Below are positions 25,484 to 35,056 of a stretch of 50,207 nucleotides of DNA, one piece after another. The stretch is from a virus (lineage: Duplodnaviria > Caudoviricetes): positions 1 to 50,207 of IMG/VR virus record IMGVR_UViG_3300036817_000496. One strand, 5' to 3'. A model generated the notes under the pieces. That model did not search any database, had not been told where the DNA came from, and saw nothing but the letters and a program-made list of their open reading frames with translations. Every line of letters begins with the position of its first letter. Position 1 is the first letter of the stretch. The translations under genes were made by a program, and so were the position numbers.

Positions 25484-25510
25484 TTGCCGCCATCGTGCGG
25501 CTTTTTTATT
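25484..25510 (+). terminator. Intrinsic terminator
   Basis: GCCGC-catcgt-GCGGC followed by T-tract. Confidence 0.65.
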
Positions 25511-25520
25511 GGAGCCTGCT

Positions 25521-25610
25521 ATGGATATTAATTTAGTCCTGTCCGTCATTTCTATAGCGATGGGCAGCTTTAGCATTGGCCTGGCCATTGGAAAATACTT
25601 CGGTGGTTAA
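25521..25610 (+). CDS. 29-aa hydrophobic peptide (MDINLVLSVISIAMGSFSIGLAIGKYFGG), not in ORF track
   Basis: GGAG RBS, single TM-like segment, stop overlaps next gene start. Confidence 0.45.
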   Translation: MDINLVLSVISIAMGSFSIGLAIGKYFGG

Positions 25611-26181
25611 GTTTTGTGTTGTCGGATACCACGCCCGCAGAGAAATGGCTACCAGCCTGGCTAACTCGTTAGGTGCTCATCTGCTTATTGACGACGGCGA
25701 CCACGGCGCGAACTGGAATCATCGCCGCGCGCTGGAGTGGGCAGCAGAACAGAGTTGTCGTGTGGTTGTGCTGGAGGATGATGCACAGCCGGTTACCGGC
25801 TTCATTGAGCTGGTGGCTGAATGGCTGGCCCGCTTCCCTGATAACCTGCTGAGCTTCTATCTCGGCACCGGGCGTCCGCCGCAGTACCAGATGCAGATAG
25901 CCGAGCGCCTGATACAGGCCGACAAGAAACGAACCACCCACATCACGCTACCGCGGCTGATACATGGTGTCTCCTACAGCGTGCCGCCGCAGTCCGTTGA
26001 GCGCGTGCTTTCGCGGTGGGATTCCAACAAAGCTGCTGACTATGCAGTCGGTGATGCGCACGGCGGTCCGGTCATTTATCCGTGTTACTCGCTGGTGGAC
26101 CATGCAGACGGAGAACCGGTAGAGAAGCCGCACGACGGTATGCCGCGCACCGAGCGGCGAAAGGCCTGGAGGTTAGCGTGA
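25603..26181 (+). CDS. Putative GT-A fold glycosyltransferase (GT25-like)
   Basis: NHRRALEWA...VVVLEDDA, FYLG, HGVSY, AD, SLVDH; GTG start at 25603. Confidence 0.65.
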   Translation: MVKFCVVGYHARREMATSLANSLGAHLLIDDGDHGANWNHRRALEWAAEQSCRVVVLEDDAQPVTGFIELVAEWLARFPDNLLSFYLGTGRPPQYQMQIAERLIQADKKRTTHITLPRLIHGVSYSVPPQSVERVLSRWDSNKAADYAVGDAHGGPVIYPCYSLVDHADGEPVEKPHDGMPRTERRKAWRLA

Positions 26182-26444
26182 TTAACTTCACTGATACCGC
26201 ATGCACTCTCAAAGCAGAAGAACAAGAGATAGCTCAATTACTTGGTGAGGTATGGAATCTCTATTGCAAGCTTCCGCTTGAACATCCGAATGACAAACAA
26301 GAATTCGGAACGGCAATTCATAACTGCCAGAACATTATACTTTCCCGGCCAGCTGTCAGGGCTCTGGCGGAGAAGGGGCAAGGATACAAAAGGAGCAAAG
26401 ACAATGGCACTGAAGACGTTACAGCCACGCCTCAAGGTGATTGA
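26178..26444 (+). CDS. Hypothetical phage protein
   Basis: GGAGG RBS, GTGA overlap. Confidence 0.6.
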   Translation: MINFTDTACTLKAEEQEIAQLLGEVWNLYCKLPLEHPNDKQEFGTAIHNCQNIILSRPAVRALAEKGQGYKRSKDNGTEDVTATPQGD

Positions 26445-26769
26445 GACGCGTCGCCTCAAGCCAGTGTACGGCGAACAGCGGCGTATCAGTGGTAGCGCAA
26501 GGGTGGGCCTGAAGCGTCGCATCTATAAGCGTGACGGAGGTCATTGCTGTATGTGTCGTCGTGTGGTCGATCTGTATGACAGCCAGCTCGATCACCGCGT
26601 CGCCCTTCAGTTCGGTGGGAACAACGATGAAGCCAACCTCTGGACGCTTTGCACTGAATGTCACACAGCGAAGTCAGCTCGCGAAGCAGCGACAGGCCAG
26701 GCTGATGAAGAGGCGATGAAGCATAGCGTGCCAGATGCGAGTGACGGGCACGGCACGGTCGTTATTTAA
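26404..26769 (+). CDS. Packaging-associated HNH endonuclease
   Basis: RDGGHCCMC, LDHRVAL..GG...NLWTLC.ECH..KS; immediately upstream of terminase. Confidence 0.88.
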   Translation: MALKTLQPRLKVIETRRLKPVYGEQRRISGSARVGLKRRIYKRDGGHCCMCRRVVDLYDSQLDHRVALQFGGNNDEANLWTLCTECHTAKSAREAATGQADEEAMKHSVPDASDGHGTVVI

Positions 26770-26860
26770 CGCTCACAGGGTGGGGGGGTATCAACAAAAG
26801 TAAACCCCTATCGCGCTGGACACCGCGCCTCCTCTCACGCACAGAAAAAATTCCGTTTTG
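26770..26860. other. Probable cos region
   Basis: Intergenic GC-rich tract between HNH and terS as in 3'-cos HK97-like phages; exact cohesive end not determinable. Confidence 0.4.
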
Positions 26861-26872
26861 GAGGGTATTAAC

Positions 26873-27334
26873 ATGTTAACAGGGCAGAAGCGCAAATATG
26901 CCATCGCGCTGATGTCCGGCTCGACTCAGACAGGCGCGGCGATTAAAGCCGGGTATTCTGAGAAATCCGCGCGTTCCAAGGGTTCGCAGCTGGCTAAAGA
27001 CCCGGATGTCATCGCGTTTATGAAGAAAAAGCGCGGCACGGAAACGGCGGTCGAGGTTCCTGCTGCTGAGCCACAAACTCCGCCGCCGGTTGTTAACAAT
27101 ACGGTGAAAACCTTCGACGATCCGCTGGAGTTTCTTAAGGCCGTCATGAATGACGTCGGGGAAGATGTTGATATCCGAAAAGACGCGGCCAAAGCCATGT
27201 TGCCGTACATCCATCCCAAGAAAGGTGAGGGGGGCAAAAAGGATGCGCGGCACGCAGCGGCAAAAGTGGCCGCCGGTGCCAGCAAGTTTGGCGCCATGGC
27301 ACCGCCGAAACTGGTCGTCAACAACAAGGGGTAA
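26873..27334 (+). CDS. Terminase small subunit
   Basis: AAIKAGYSEKSA..KGSQL HTH; PLEFL..VMND. Confidence 0.85.
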   Translation: MLTGQKRKYAIALMSGSTQTGAAIKAGYSEKSARSKGSQLAKDPDVIAFMKKKRGTETAVEVPAAEPQTPPPVVNNTVKTFDDPLEFLKAVMNDVGEDVDIRKDAAKAMLPYIHPKKGEGGKKDARHAAAKVAAGASKFGAMAPPKLVVNNKG

Positions 27335-27337
27335 TGT

Positions 27338-28996
27338 ATGGCTGAGTGGACCACGGCGTGCCGGGACTGGGAGCAGCGCCTGGTCGACCGGGCGTCTATT
27401 ATCCCGCCCCCGATATTTTCGGAGCCGGCAGAGCATGCCCTGAGCATATTTAAAGAGCTGCGCGTGTCGGATTTGCCCGGCAAGCCAACGTTCGGAGAAT
27501 GCTCGGAACCCTGGGTATTCGATTTCGTGAAAGCCATCTTCGGCGGATACGAGGCAGAAACCGGCAAGCAGCTGATAAGGGAATATGGCCTGCTGATTTC
27601 GAAGAAAAACACCAAATCGACGATCGCCGCGGGCATCATGCTGACGGCGGTGATTTTGTGCTGGCGCGAGGATGAGGAGCATCTGATTCTGGCGCCGACA
27701 AAAGAGGTGGCGGATAACAGTTTTAAACCGGCTGCCGGGATGATCCGCGCAGACGAAGAGCTGTCGGATATGTTTCAGATCCAGGACCATATCAGGACAA
27801 TCACGCACCGCGTCACCCGCAACACCCTGAAGGTGGTGGCTGCCGACACTGATACGGTGTCCGGTAAAAAATCTGGCCGAATCCTTGTGGACGAGCTCTG
27901 GCTATTCGGCAAGCGCGCCAATGCCGAAGCGATGTTTATGGAGGCCCTAGGCGGCCAGGTGTCGCGGGATGAGGGCTGGGTTATCTTCCTGACCACTCAA
28001 AGTGACGAACCGCCAGCTGGCGTGTTCAAAGAGAAACTTCAGTACTGGCGGGATGTAAGGGACGGGAAAATTCACGACCCCAAAACCCTAGGCATTCTGT
28101 ACGAGTTCCCGGAAAAGATGGTGGAGAGCAAAAGCTACCTGTTGCCGGAAAATTTCTACATTACCAACCCGAATATGGGTCGTTCGGTCAGCGCGGAATG
28201 GCTGGAAGACCAACTCCGCAAGAACCAGACAAAAACCGACGGTACGCTTCAACAGTTCCTGGCTAAACATCTCAATATAGAGATTGGTCTGAACCTACGT
28301 AGCGATCGCTGGGCCGGGGTTGATTTCTGGGAGCAGCAGGCGAAGCAGGTGAGCTTTGAGGAAATCATCAGGCGTGCGGAGGTTGTCGCTGTCGGGATTG
28401 ATGGCGGCGGACTCGACGATCTGCTGGGGCTTTCTGTGATAGGCCGGGACAGTGAAACCCGCGAATGGCTTTGCTGGTGCCATGCCTGGGCGCACGAAAT
28501 CGCCGTCCGGCGGCGCAAAAGTGAAGAATCCCGGTTTCACGACTTTGTGAATGCCGGCGACATGACCATCGTCAAGCGCGTCGGACAGGATACTGAAGAG
28601 GTGGCGGAATATGTCAGCCAGATCCATGCCGCCGAACTGCTCGACAAAATTGGCATTGACCCCTCCGGTGTCGGCCAGATTCTTGACGCCCTGATTGAGG
28701 CAGAAATACCCGCAGATTCAGTCGTTGGCGTCAGCCAGGGCTGGCGGCTCGGCGGTGCGATAAAGACCACCGAACGTAAGCTTGCCGAGGGCGTGCTGAT
28801 TCATGGCGGCCAGCCGATGATGGCCTGGTGTGTCGGGAACGCACGCGTGGAGCCAAAAGGTAACGCCATCCTCATCACTAAACAGGCCAGCGGTAAGGGG
28901 AAAATTGATCCACTGATGGCGTTGTTTAACGCTGTATCGCTGATGGCCCTTAACCCCGAAGCGAAGAAACAGGATTACCAGGTATTTTTCATATGA
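27338..28996 (+). CDS. Terminase large subunit
   Basis: Walker A variant ISKKNTKST, ILVDELW, GIDGGGLDDL, KIDPLMA. Confidence 0.92.
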   Translation: MAEWTTACRDWEQRLVDRASIIPPPIFSEPAEHALSIFKELRVSDLPGKPTFGECSEPWVFDFVKAIFGGYEAETGKQLIREYGLLISKKNTKSTIAAGIMLTAVILCWREDEEHLILAPTKEVADNSFKPAAGMIRADEELSDMFQIQDHIRTITHRVTRNTLKVVAADTDTVSGKKSGRILVDELWLFGKRANAEAMFMEALGGQVSRDEGWVIFLTTQSDEPPAGVFKEKLQYWRDVRDGKIHDPKTLGILYEFPEKMVESKSYLLPENFYITNPNMGRSVSAEWLEDQLRKNQTKTDGTLQQFLAKHLNIEIGLNLRSDRWAGVDFWEQQAKQVSFEEIIRRAEVVAVGIDGGGLDDLLGLSVIGRDSETREWLCWCHAWAHEIAVRRRKSEESRFHDFVNAGDMTIVKRVGQDTEEVAEYVSQIHAAELLDKIGIDPSGVGQILDALIEAEIPADSVVGVSQGWRLGGAIKTTERKLAEGVLIHGGQPMMAWCVGNARVEPKGNAILITKQASGKGKIDPLMALFNAVSLMALNPEAKKQDYQVFFI

Positions 28997-29013
28997 CACA
29001 TACGTCAGTTAAT

Positions 29014-29037
29014 GACCCGCTCCGGCGGGTTTTTTCA
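29014..29037 (+). terminator. Intrinsic terminator-like hairpin
   Basis: ACCCGC-tccg-GCGGGT plus T-tract. Confidence 0.65.
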
Positions 29038-29054
29038 TTTCTGGAGGTCAGACA

Positions 29055-30992
29055 ATGACGCTTAATCGCGCCTGTACCCTGATGACCGTGAAGTCGGTGG
29101 ATGAAGATAAGCGGATCATAACCGGCACAGCTTCTACACCTTCTCCCGATCGTGACGGGGACATTATGGAACCCGCCGGCGCAAATTTCGGGAGTGAAAC
29201 CCCCTTTCTCTGGCAGCACGACCGACAGCAGCCGATTGGTAACTGCTCGGCGAAGAGGGTGGGGGACGAGCTACAGATTACTGCCCAGCTTGTAAAGCCA
29301 ACCCCTGATATGCCGTCACAACTTATTGCCCGACTCGATGAGGCATGGGCATCCATTAAATCCGGGCTGGTCAAAGGTCTGTCGATTGGCTTTAAGCCGA
29401 TCAAGTACGCCTTTCTGGATGCCGGTGGCATTCATTTCCTGGAGTGGGACCTGCTGGAGGTTTCAGCTGTGACTATTCCGGCGAATGCCGAGTGCAATAT
29501 CACCACCGTTAAATCTTTCGATCGTCAGTTTCTCGCCGCGTCAGGCAATGAGAAACCAGTGGTCACAGCAACCCCATCTGCTGGCGCTACAGCAAAAAAA
29601 TCTACCGAAAATAAAGGAAAAACCATGAATATCGCAGAGCAGATCAAGAGCTTTGAAACCAAGCGCGCCACCCTGGCGTCAGCAATGGAAACCATCATGT
29701 CCAAAGCGGCTGATGAAGGCCGCACCCTGGACGCGGAAGAAGAAGAAAAATATGAACAGAATTCCTCTGAAATCAAGTCTGTTGACGTTCACCTTAGTCG
29801 ACTTCGTGACATGGAGAACGCCATGGCCAAAACAGCCAGGCCGGTAACCAAAGCTGCTGGCGGCGAAGTCGCTGTAGTGGATAACCGCGCGCCTGGCATC
29901 ATTCATGTTGAGCAGAAGCTGGAAAAAGGTATTGCGTTTGCCCGATTTGCTAAAGCGCTGGCAGCCGCGAACGGCAGTCGTTCGGAAGCGCTGGAAATTG
30001 CGAAGAAGCAATACCCGCTCGATGCGAAACTTCATCATGTTTTGAAAGCAGCAGTTGGCGCTGGCACAACCACCGATCCTGCCTGGGCGGGTAGCCTGGT
30101 CGAATATCAGGAATACGCGAATGACTTCGTTGAGTTCCTGCGTCCGCAAACTATCATTGGCCGCTTCGGGCAGGGAAGCATCCCATCGCTTCGCCAGGTG
30201 CCATTTAATATCCGTATTCCTGCGCAGACTTCCGGCGGTTCAGCTAACTGGGTTGGTCAGGGTAAAGCCAAGCCACTGACAAAATTTGATTTTGAATCAA
30301 TTACTTTTGGCTTCTCGAAAGTGGCCGCCATTGCGGTACTGACCGATGAGTTGATCCGCTTCTCTAATCCGGCGGCGGATGCTCTGGTGCGAAACGCACT
30401 GGCTGAAGCCGTCATTGCCCGTCTGGATACTGACTTCATTAACCCGGCCAAAGCCGAAGTTGCTAACGTCTCACCGGCGTCCATTACTAACGGTATTGTC
30501 GGCATTCCTTCCACCGGCGATCCGGATTCTGATGCCGAGGCGGCGTTTGGCCAGTTTGTTACAGCAAATCTACAGCCGACCGGCGGCGTATGGATCATGT
30601 CCAGCACTAACGCGCTGGCACTTTCCATGAAGAAAAACGCGCTGGGTCAGAAGATGTACCCGGAAATGACGCTGCTGGGCGGGACCTTCCAGGGGCTGCC
30701 AGCCATCGTCTCTCAGTATGCGGGCACCAATCTGACGCTGCTGAATGCGCCAGACATTTATCTGGCCGACGATGGCGGTGTGGCAGTCGATATGTCCCGA
30801 GAGGCTTCGCTGGAAATGGAAAGCGATCCTACCGGCGACAGCGTGACACCGACGGGTACCGAAATGGTTTCCATGTTCCAGACGAATAGCGTGGCTATCC
30901 GTGCCGAGCGCTGGATTAACTGGAAACGCCGCCGCACAGCTGCTGTAGCTGTTATCACTGGCGTTAATTACGGCTCTACCCCTACCAGCTAA
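29055..30992 (+). CDS. Prohead protease fused to HK97-fold major capsid protein; internal start at 29625
   Basis: LWQHD, GLSIGF, EVSAVTIPAN protease motifs; capsid region ANWVGQG..KP, MFQTNSVAIRAER; AAGGA RBS before internal ATG. Confidence 0.9.
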   Translation: MTLNRACTLMTVKSVDEDKRIITGTASTPSPDRDGDIMEPAGANFGSETPFLWQHDRQQPIGNCSAKRVGDELQITAQLVKPTPDMPSQLIARLDEAWASIKSGLVKGLSIGFKPIKYAFLDAGGIHFLEWDLLEVSAVTIPANAECNITTVKSFDRQFLAASGNEKPVVTATPSAGATAKKSTENKGKTMNIAEQIKSFETKRATLASAMETIMSKAADEGRTLDAEEEEKYEQNSSEIKSVDVHLSRLRDMENAMAKTARPVTKAAGGEVAVVDNRAPGIIHVEQKLEKGIAFARFAKALAAANGSRSEALEIAKKQYPLDAKLHHVLKAAVGAGTTTDPAWAGSLVEYQEYANDFVEFLRPQTIIGRFGQGSIPSLRQVPFNIRIPAQTSGGSANWVGQGKAKPLTKFDFESITFGFSKVAAIAVLTDELIRFSNPAADALVRNALAEAVIARLDTDFINPAKAEVANVSPASITNGIVGIPSTGDPDSDAEAAFGQFVTANLQPTGGVWIMSSTNALALSMKKNALGQKMYPEMTLLGGTFQGLPAIVSQYAGTNLTLLNAPDIYLADDGGVAVDMSREASLEMESDPTGDSVTPTGTEMVSMFQTNSVAIRAERWINWKRRRTAAVAVITGVNYGSTPTS

Positions 30993-31027
30993 TGAAAACG
31001 GAGGGCGGGGGTAACCCCGCCAGGTTT

Positions 31028-31198
31028 ATGGCGAAAATTAGATACCTTCAGCGAACGCATGACTCATCACCAGACGATGAAAAGGACGTGGGCGACCAGT
31101 GCGCGAAGGTGCTGGTTTTGCTCGGAAAAGCTGAATACATAACCGCCCGGCGAGCTGGTGGCAGGGGAAGAAAAAAAGATAACGAGGGGACCGGCTAA
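31028..31198 (+). CDS. Small head-associated protein
   Basis: 56-aa ORF between capsid and portal. Confidence 0.55.
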   Translation: MAKIRYLQRTHDSSPDDEKDVGDQCAKVLVLLGKAEYITARRAGGRGRKKDNEGTG

Positions 31199-32544
31199 TG
31201 CGGGGATTTTTTAAGCGTAAAACCAAGGCATTGCAACAACCTTCTAACCAAGGCTGGACCTCTATTTTTTCATGGATACGTGAGCCGTTTACCGGAGCGT
31301 GGCAGCGAAATATGGAGATCAGCAATCCAACGGTTATCGCCTATTACGCTGTGTTCTCCTGCGTTTCACTGATTGCCAGCGATATTTCAAAAATGCCACC
31401 TGGTCTAAAAGCCAAAGGTTCAGACGGCGTGTGGAAAGACACGCAGGATGTAAAAATAGACAGGCTTTTTAATAAGCCAAATGCTTTTCAGAACCGTATT
31501 CAGTTCCTTGAATCGTGGATCAACTCGAAACTGTGTCACGGCAATACCTATGTGTTGAAGTTGAAAAACCCGGCAGGGGCCATCACTGAGCTACGTATCC
31601 TTGACCCAGCCAAAGTGACGCCGCTGGTGGCAGATGATGGCTCGGTGTTTTATCAAATCAACCCTGACAACATCAGTGGCCTGCCTGACCAGGTCACGGT
31701 TCCGGCACGCGAGATTATTCATGACCGTTTTAACTGTCTTTTCCATCCGCTGATCGGCGTATCACCCATCTATGCCTGTGGGATGGCGGCGATGCAGGGT
31801 AAGCACATCATGGAAAGCACCGCATTTTTCTTCCAGAACGGCGGTAAGCCAAGCGGAATTATCACTATCCCGGGCTCCGTTAATGAGGAAAAAGCAAGGG
31901 AGATTAAAACAAACTGGGACGCTGGCTATACGGGAGAAAATGCAGGCAAGACAGGGCTTTTGTCCGGCGGGGCAGAATACAAGCCAGTCACGATGTCAGC
32001 GGTTGATGCTCAGACGGTTGAACAGCAGAAAATGTCTGCTGAAATGGTCTGCTCTGCATTCCATGTCCCGGCATACAAGGTTGGCGTGGGCGAAATGCCG
32101 TCTTACGACAACATTGAATCCCTTGAACAGCAGTATTACTCGCAGTGCCTTCAGGTGCTTATCGAAGCAATCGAAGTGCTGCTCGACGAGGCCTTTGATC
32201 TTGAAGGTAAGCGAGGCGTTGAGCTTGACATTACTTCCCTGCTGCGCATGGACAGTGAACGACGGATGAAGACGCTGGGCGAAGGGGTGAAAAATACCAT
32301 CCTCACACCGAATGAAGCCCGCAAAAAAGAGAATTTGCCGCCAGTAGACGGCGGTGATGCGCTCTACCTTCAGCAGCAAAATTACAGTCTTCCGGCTCTG
32401 GCCCGGCGCGATGCGTCAGACGATCCGTTTAAAACGTCTTCCACCCGGTCGCCGACATCGCAGGAAGAACCCGCAAGCAAAGCTTTCTCTGCCGATGAAC
32501 TCGCGGCAATGAAAGCAATGGTGAAAGGATTGATAGCCAAATGA
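31198..32544 (+). CDS. Portal protein (HK97 family)
   Basis: VFSCVSLIASDISK, GNTY, FFQNGGKPSG, LTPNEAR...LPP..GGD. Confidence 0.92.
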   Translation: MRGFFKRKTKALQQPSNQGWTSIFSWIREPFTGAWQRNMEISNPTVIAYYAVFSCVSLIASDISKMPPGLKAKGSDGVWKDTQDVKIDRLFNKPNAFQNRIQFLESWINSKLCHGNTYVLKLKNPAGAITELRILDPAKVTPLVADDGSVFYQINPDNISGLPDQVTVPAREIIHDRFNCLFHPLIGVSPIYACGMAAMQGKHIMESTAFFFQNGGKPSGIITIPGSVNEEKAREIKTNWDAGYTGENAGKTGLLSGGAEYKPVTMSAVDAQTVEQQKMSAEMVCSAFHVPAYKVGVGEMPSYDNIESLEQQYYSQCLQVLIEAIEVLLDEAFDLEGKRGVELDITSLLRMDSERRMKTLGEGVKNTILTPNEARKKENLPPVDGGDALYLQQQNYSLPALARRDASDDPFKTSSTRSPTSQEEPASKAFSADELAAMKAMVKGLIAK

Positions 32545-33587
32545 ATGAGCGCGAATTGGCAATAATCAAAACTGTCAGCGAAGCGTTTAGCGAGGCGCTG
32601 TCATCGGTGCAGGAAAGTTTTGAAAAGCAGCTTGACCAGCAACAGCAGGCTTTTGCCGAAAGATTTTCTCAACTGAGCAAGTCCTTACAGGAGGTGATCG
32701 ACACTCCCGGGCCGGATATGGCTGCCCTTGCACATGCGGCCGCCGCGCTGGTTCAGTTACCCGAGTCTCCGGCGCTGCCAGATATTCATGCTCTGGTTAG
32801 TGCTGCGGTTGAGGCTATCCCGGCACCGGAGCCGATCAAGAGCATTACAGCCGAAGATATGCGGGTCACCCTGGAGCAAATGGTAAAAGAGGCTGTTGCA
32901 AACATCCCTGCGCCAGCGGCGCCAGAGCTACCTGATATTGGCGCGATGGTGAATGAAGCTGTAGCAGCGCTACCTGCTCCAGAGCCAGCTAAAAGCATTA
33001 CGCCTGAAGAAGTAAAGCCAGTGCTTGAGCAACTGGTGAAAAAGTCAGTAGATGAAATTCCGGTACCGGCCGCACCAGAGCTACCTGATATTGCGGCGCT
33101 GGTCAGTGAAGCGGTTGCTGCTCTGCCCGTACCGGAGCCAGCACGACATGGCGAAGACGGACGAGATGCGCTGCATCTGGAGGTTTCACCATTCATTGAT
33201 GAAGAGAAGAGTTATCCGCGTGGGAGCTATGCGACGCATGCAGGCGGCCTGTGGCGAGCGTATGAGAAAACGTACGGCATGCGCGGCTGGGAATGTCTGG
33301 TTGACGGTGTCGGCGGTATCGACGTGGCCAACACTGACGGGCGGAACTTCACCGTGACGGTGACGCGCGCCAGCGGCGTAACTGAAAGCAAATCTTTCTC
33401 GATACCCGTATTGATTTACCGTGGCGTTTTCAAATCCGGTGAGCAATATCAGCCGGGCGACACCGTGACATGGGGTGGTTCAATGTGGCACTGCGATGAA
33501 ACATCCACTGATAAGCCAGGCGAAACCGGATCGAAAGGCTGGACGCTGGCCACCAAGCGCGGACGTGACGGGAGGGATAAAACGTGA
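32541..33587 (+). CDS. Head-associated protein with Pro/Ala-rich internal repeats
   Basis: Repeats LPDI..hV..AV..hP.PEP; C-terminal YRGVF...Y.PGD.VTWGGS.WHC; GEDGRD and GRDGRD. Confidence 0.75.
   Translation: MNERELAIIKTVSEAFSEALSSVQESFEKQLDQQQQAFAERFSQLSKSLQEVIDTPGPDMAALAHAAAALVQLPESPALPDIHALVSAAVEAIPAPEPIKSITAEDMRVTLEQMVKEAVANIPAPAAPELPDIGAMVNEAVAALPAPEPAKSITPEEVKPVLEQLVKKSVDEIPVPAAPELPDIAALVSEAVAALPVPEPARHGEDGRDALHLEVSPFIDEEKSYPRGSYATHAGGLWRAYEKTYGMRGWECLVDGVGGIDVANTDGRNFTVTVTRASGVTESKSFSIPVLIYRGVFKSGEQYQPGDTVTWGGSMWHCDETSTDKPGETGSKGWTLATKRGRDGRDKT
32775..33140 (+). repeat. Degenerate tandem repeat, 153-bp (51-aa) period, about 2.4 copies
   Basis: CT(G/A)CC(A/T)GATATT anchors at 32775, 32928 and 33081. 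Confidence 0.85.
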
Positions 33588-33910
33588 TTGAGCTTGTAAC
33601 GCTTGAAGAGGCGAAGCAGCACCTGCGCATCGATGAGGATTACGACGACCCGGATCTGACGATGAAAATTCAGGGCGGCAGCGCTGCGCTGCTGTCCTAC
33701 ATCCAGGGCAGCCGCGATAAGGTTGTGACCGAAGCCGGAGATTTGATTAACGGCGAGCCTTTGTCCCGAATGCAGACGGCACTGCTGGTACTTCTGGGTT
33801 ACCTCGATCGTAACCGAGGTGCTGAGGAAGAAGAAAAACTCAGGCAAGGGGAGCTACCCCTGGCCGTCACAATGCTTATCTACGATCTGCGACGTACAAC
33901 AATCATGTGA
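33584..33910 (+). CDS. Head-tail connector (gp6-like)
   Basis: VTLEEAKQHLRID...LYL/YLDRNR pattern. Confidence 0.85.
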   Translation: MIELVTLEEAKQHLRIDEDYDDPDLTMKIQGGSAALLSYIQGSRDKVVTEAGDLINGEPLSRMQTALLVLLGYLDRNRGAEEEEKLRQGELPLAVTMLIYDLRRTTIM

Positions 33911-33922
33911 CCGGAGGCAAAT

Positions 33923-34267
33923 GTGTCGGGATTAAAAGCTGGCGAGCTGAATAAACGCATCGATTTACAGATGATGAAAGTGCAGCGGGGGCCGCTGGGC
34001 GAGCCTTTACCTGACCTGCCAGTGAAAGTTGCTACCGTGTGGGCGAAAGCCGAAGCCGTTTCTAACCGGAAAATTCGCACCCTGGATCAGCAGCAGGTCG
34101 TCGAAACCTGGCTGTTTACGATCCGGGCCCGCAAAGATGTGCAGGTTGACTGGAAAATTGCCTGGGGCGAAGACGTCTATACCGTGCGAGCCGCCGATCG
34201 GAGCAAGACCGATCGTACTGTCATTACAGCCGAGAGGGATAACCGACATGATAGAGCAGGCAATTAA
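33923..34267 (+). CDS. Head closure / head-tail adaptor
   Basis: AGELNKRI, ATVWA, FTIR. Confidence 0.8.
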   Translation: MSGLKAGELNKRIDLQMMKVQRGPLGEPLPDLPVKVATVWAKAEAVSNRKIRTLDQQQVVETWLFTIRARKDVQVDWKIAWGEDVYTVRAADRSKTDRTVITAERDNRHDRAGN

Positions 34268-34637
34268 ATCCTCGCTTGAGCGCATAACCGGAATGGATGT
34301 TTACCCCTTGTTGCTGCCGGATACCGCGCAAAGCGGTGTGACTTTCCAGCGTATATCTGATCCTGAAATTGAAACGGGCATGGTACGCACTGGGCTCATC
34401 GCGGGCCGCTTTCAGATTTCCATGTACACGGTTGACGATTACACCGGCCTGGTCCTGCTGGATAAAGCGATCTGGGCAGAATGGAAAGACATTGTTCATG
34501 GCACCCTCGAAGGTTACCCGGTCCAGTACGTGCAGCGAGGCAATATCCAACAGGATAAAACCACGCTAACCAGCAATCGGGTCCAGTACCGCATCGCGCG
34601 TGATTTCATCCTGTATTTTTTTGAGGACACATCATGA
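34248..34637 (+). CDS. Tail terminator-like protein
   Basis: VYPLLLP...VTFQRISD...RFQIS; position. Confidence 0.7.
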   Translation: MIEQAIKSSLERITGMDVYPLLLPDTAQSGVTFQRISDPEIETGMVRTGLIAGRFQISMYTVDDYTGLVLLDKAIWAEWKDIVHGTLEGYPVQYVQRGNIQQDKTTLTSNRVQYRIARDFILYFFEDTS

Positions 34638-35044
34638 TCAGAATGGAGGTAAAGGGCCTGCAAGAGCTTGAAAGAGAGCTGCTGGCGCTGGGTGAAAAAA
34701 TCGGCACTAAAGTTCTGACTTCTGCCGGGAAAGAGGCCATGGAGATCGTCAGCGACGATATGCAGCAGCATGCAGGATATGACGAAAGCAGCCCCGGTCC
34801 GCACCTGCGCGACAACATCAAAACCACGTCCAAAAATCGCATGAAAGACAGCCGCTGGGTCACCGTCGTGACCATCCGGGTTGGCCCGTCTAAAGAACAC
34901 ACCATGAAAGCCCTGGCGCAGGAATTTGGCACCGTTAAACAGGTCGCCAGCCCTTTTATGCGCCCGGCGCTGGATTTCAATCGCGCAAAGATACTTCGCA
35001 TTCTTGCTGTCCGACTCCGTGAAGGTATCGAAAACAATCGTTAA
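34634..35044 (+). CDS. HK97 gp10-family tail component
   Basis: VKGLQELER.L, QEFGT, PFMRPA. Confidence 0.85.
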   Translation: MIRMEVKGLQELERELLALGEKIGTKVLTSAGKEAMEIVSDDMQQHAGYDESSPGPHLRDNIKTTSKNRMKDSRWVTVVTIRVGPSKEHTMKALAQEFGTVKQVASPFMRPALDFNRAKILRILAVRLREGIENNR

Positions 35045-35056
35045 TGAGGTAATGAA

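Noticed and set aside
23537-26181. O-antigen seroconversion (gtrABC-type) cassette
   Set aside because: No flippase or polytopic membrane transferase, and genes are in the late operon rather than a lysogenic moron.
27595-27625. Terminase inactivation suggested by atypical Walker A (KKNTKST)
   Set aside because: ORF is full length with intact Walker B and nuclease motifs; more likely a family variant.
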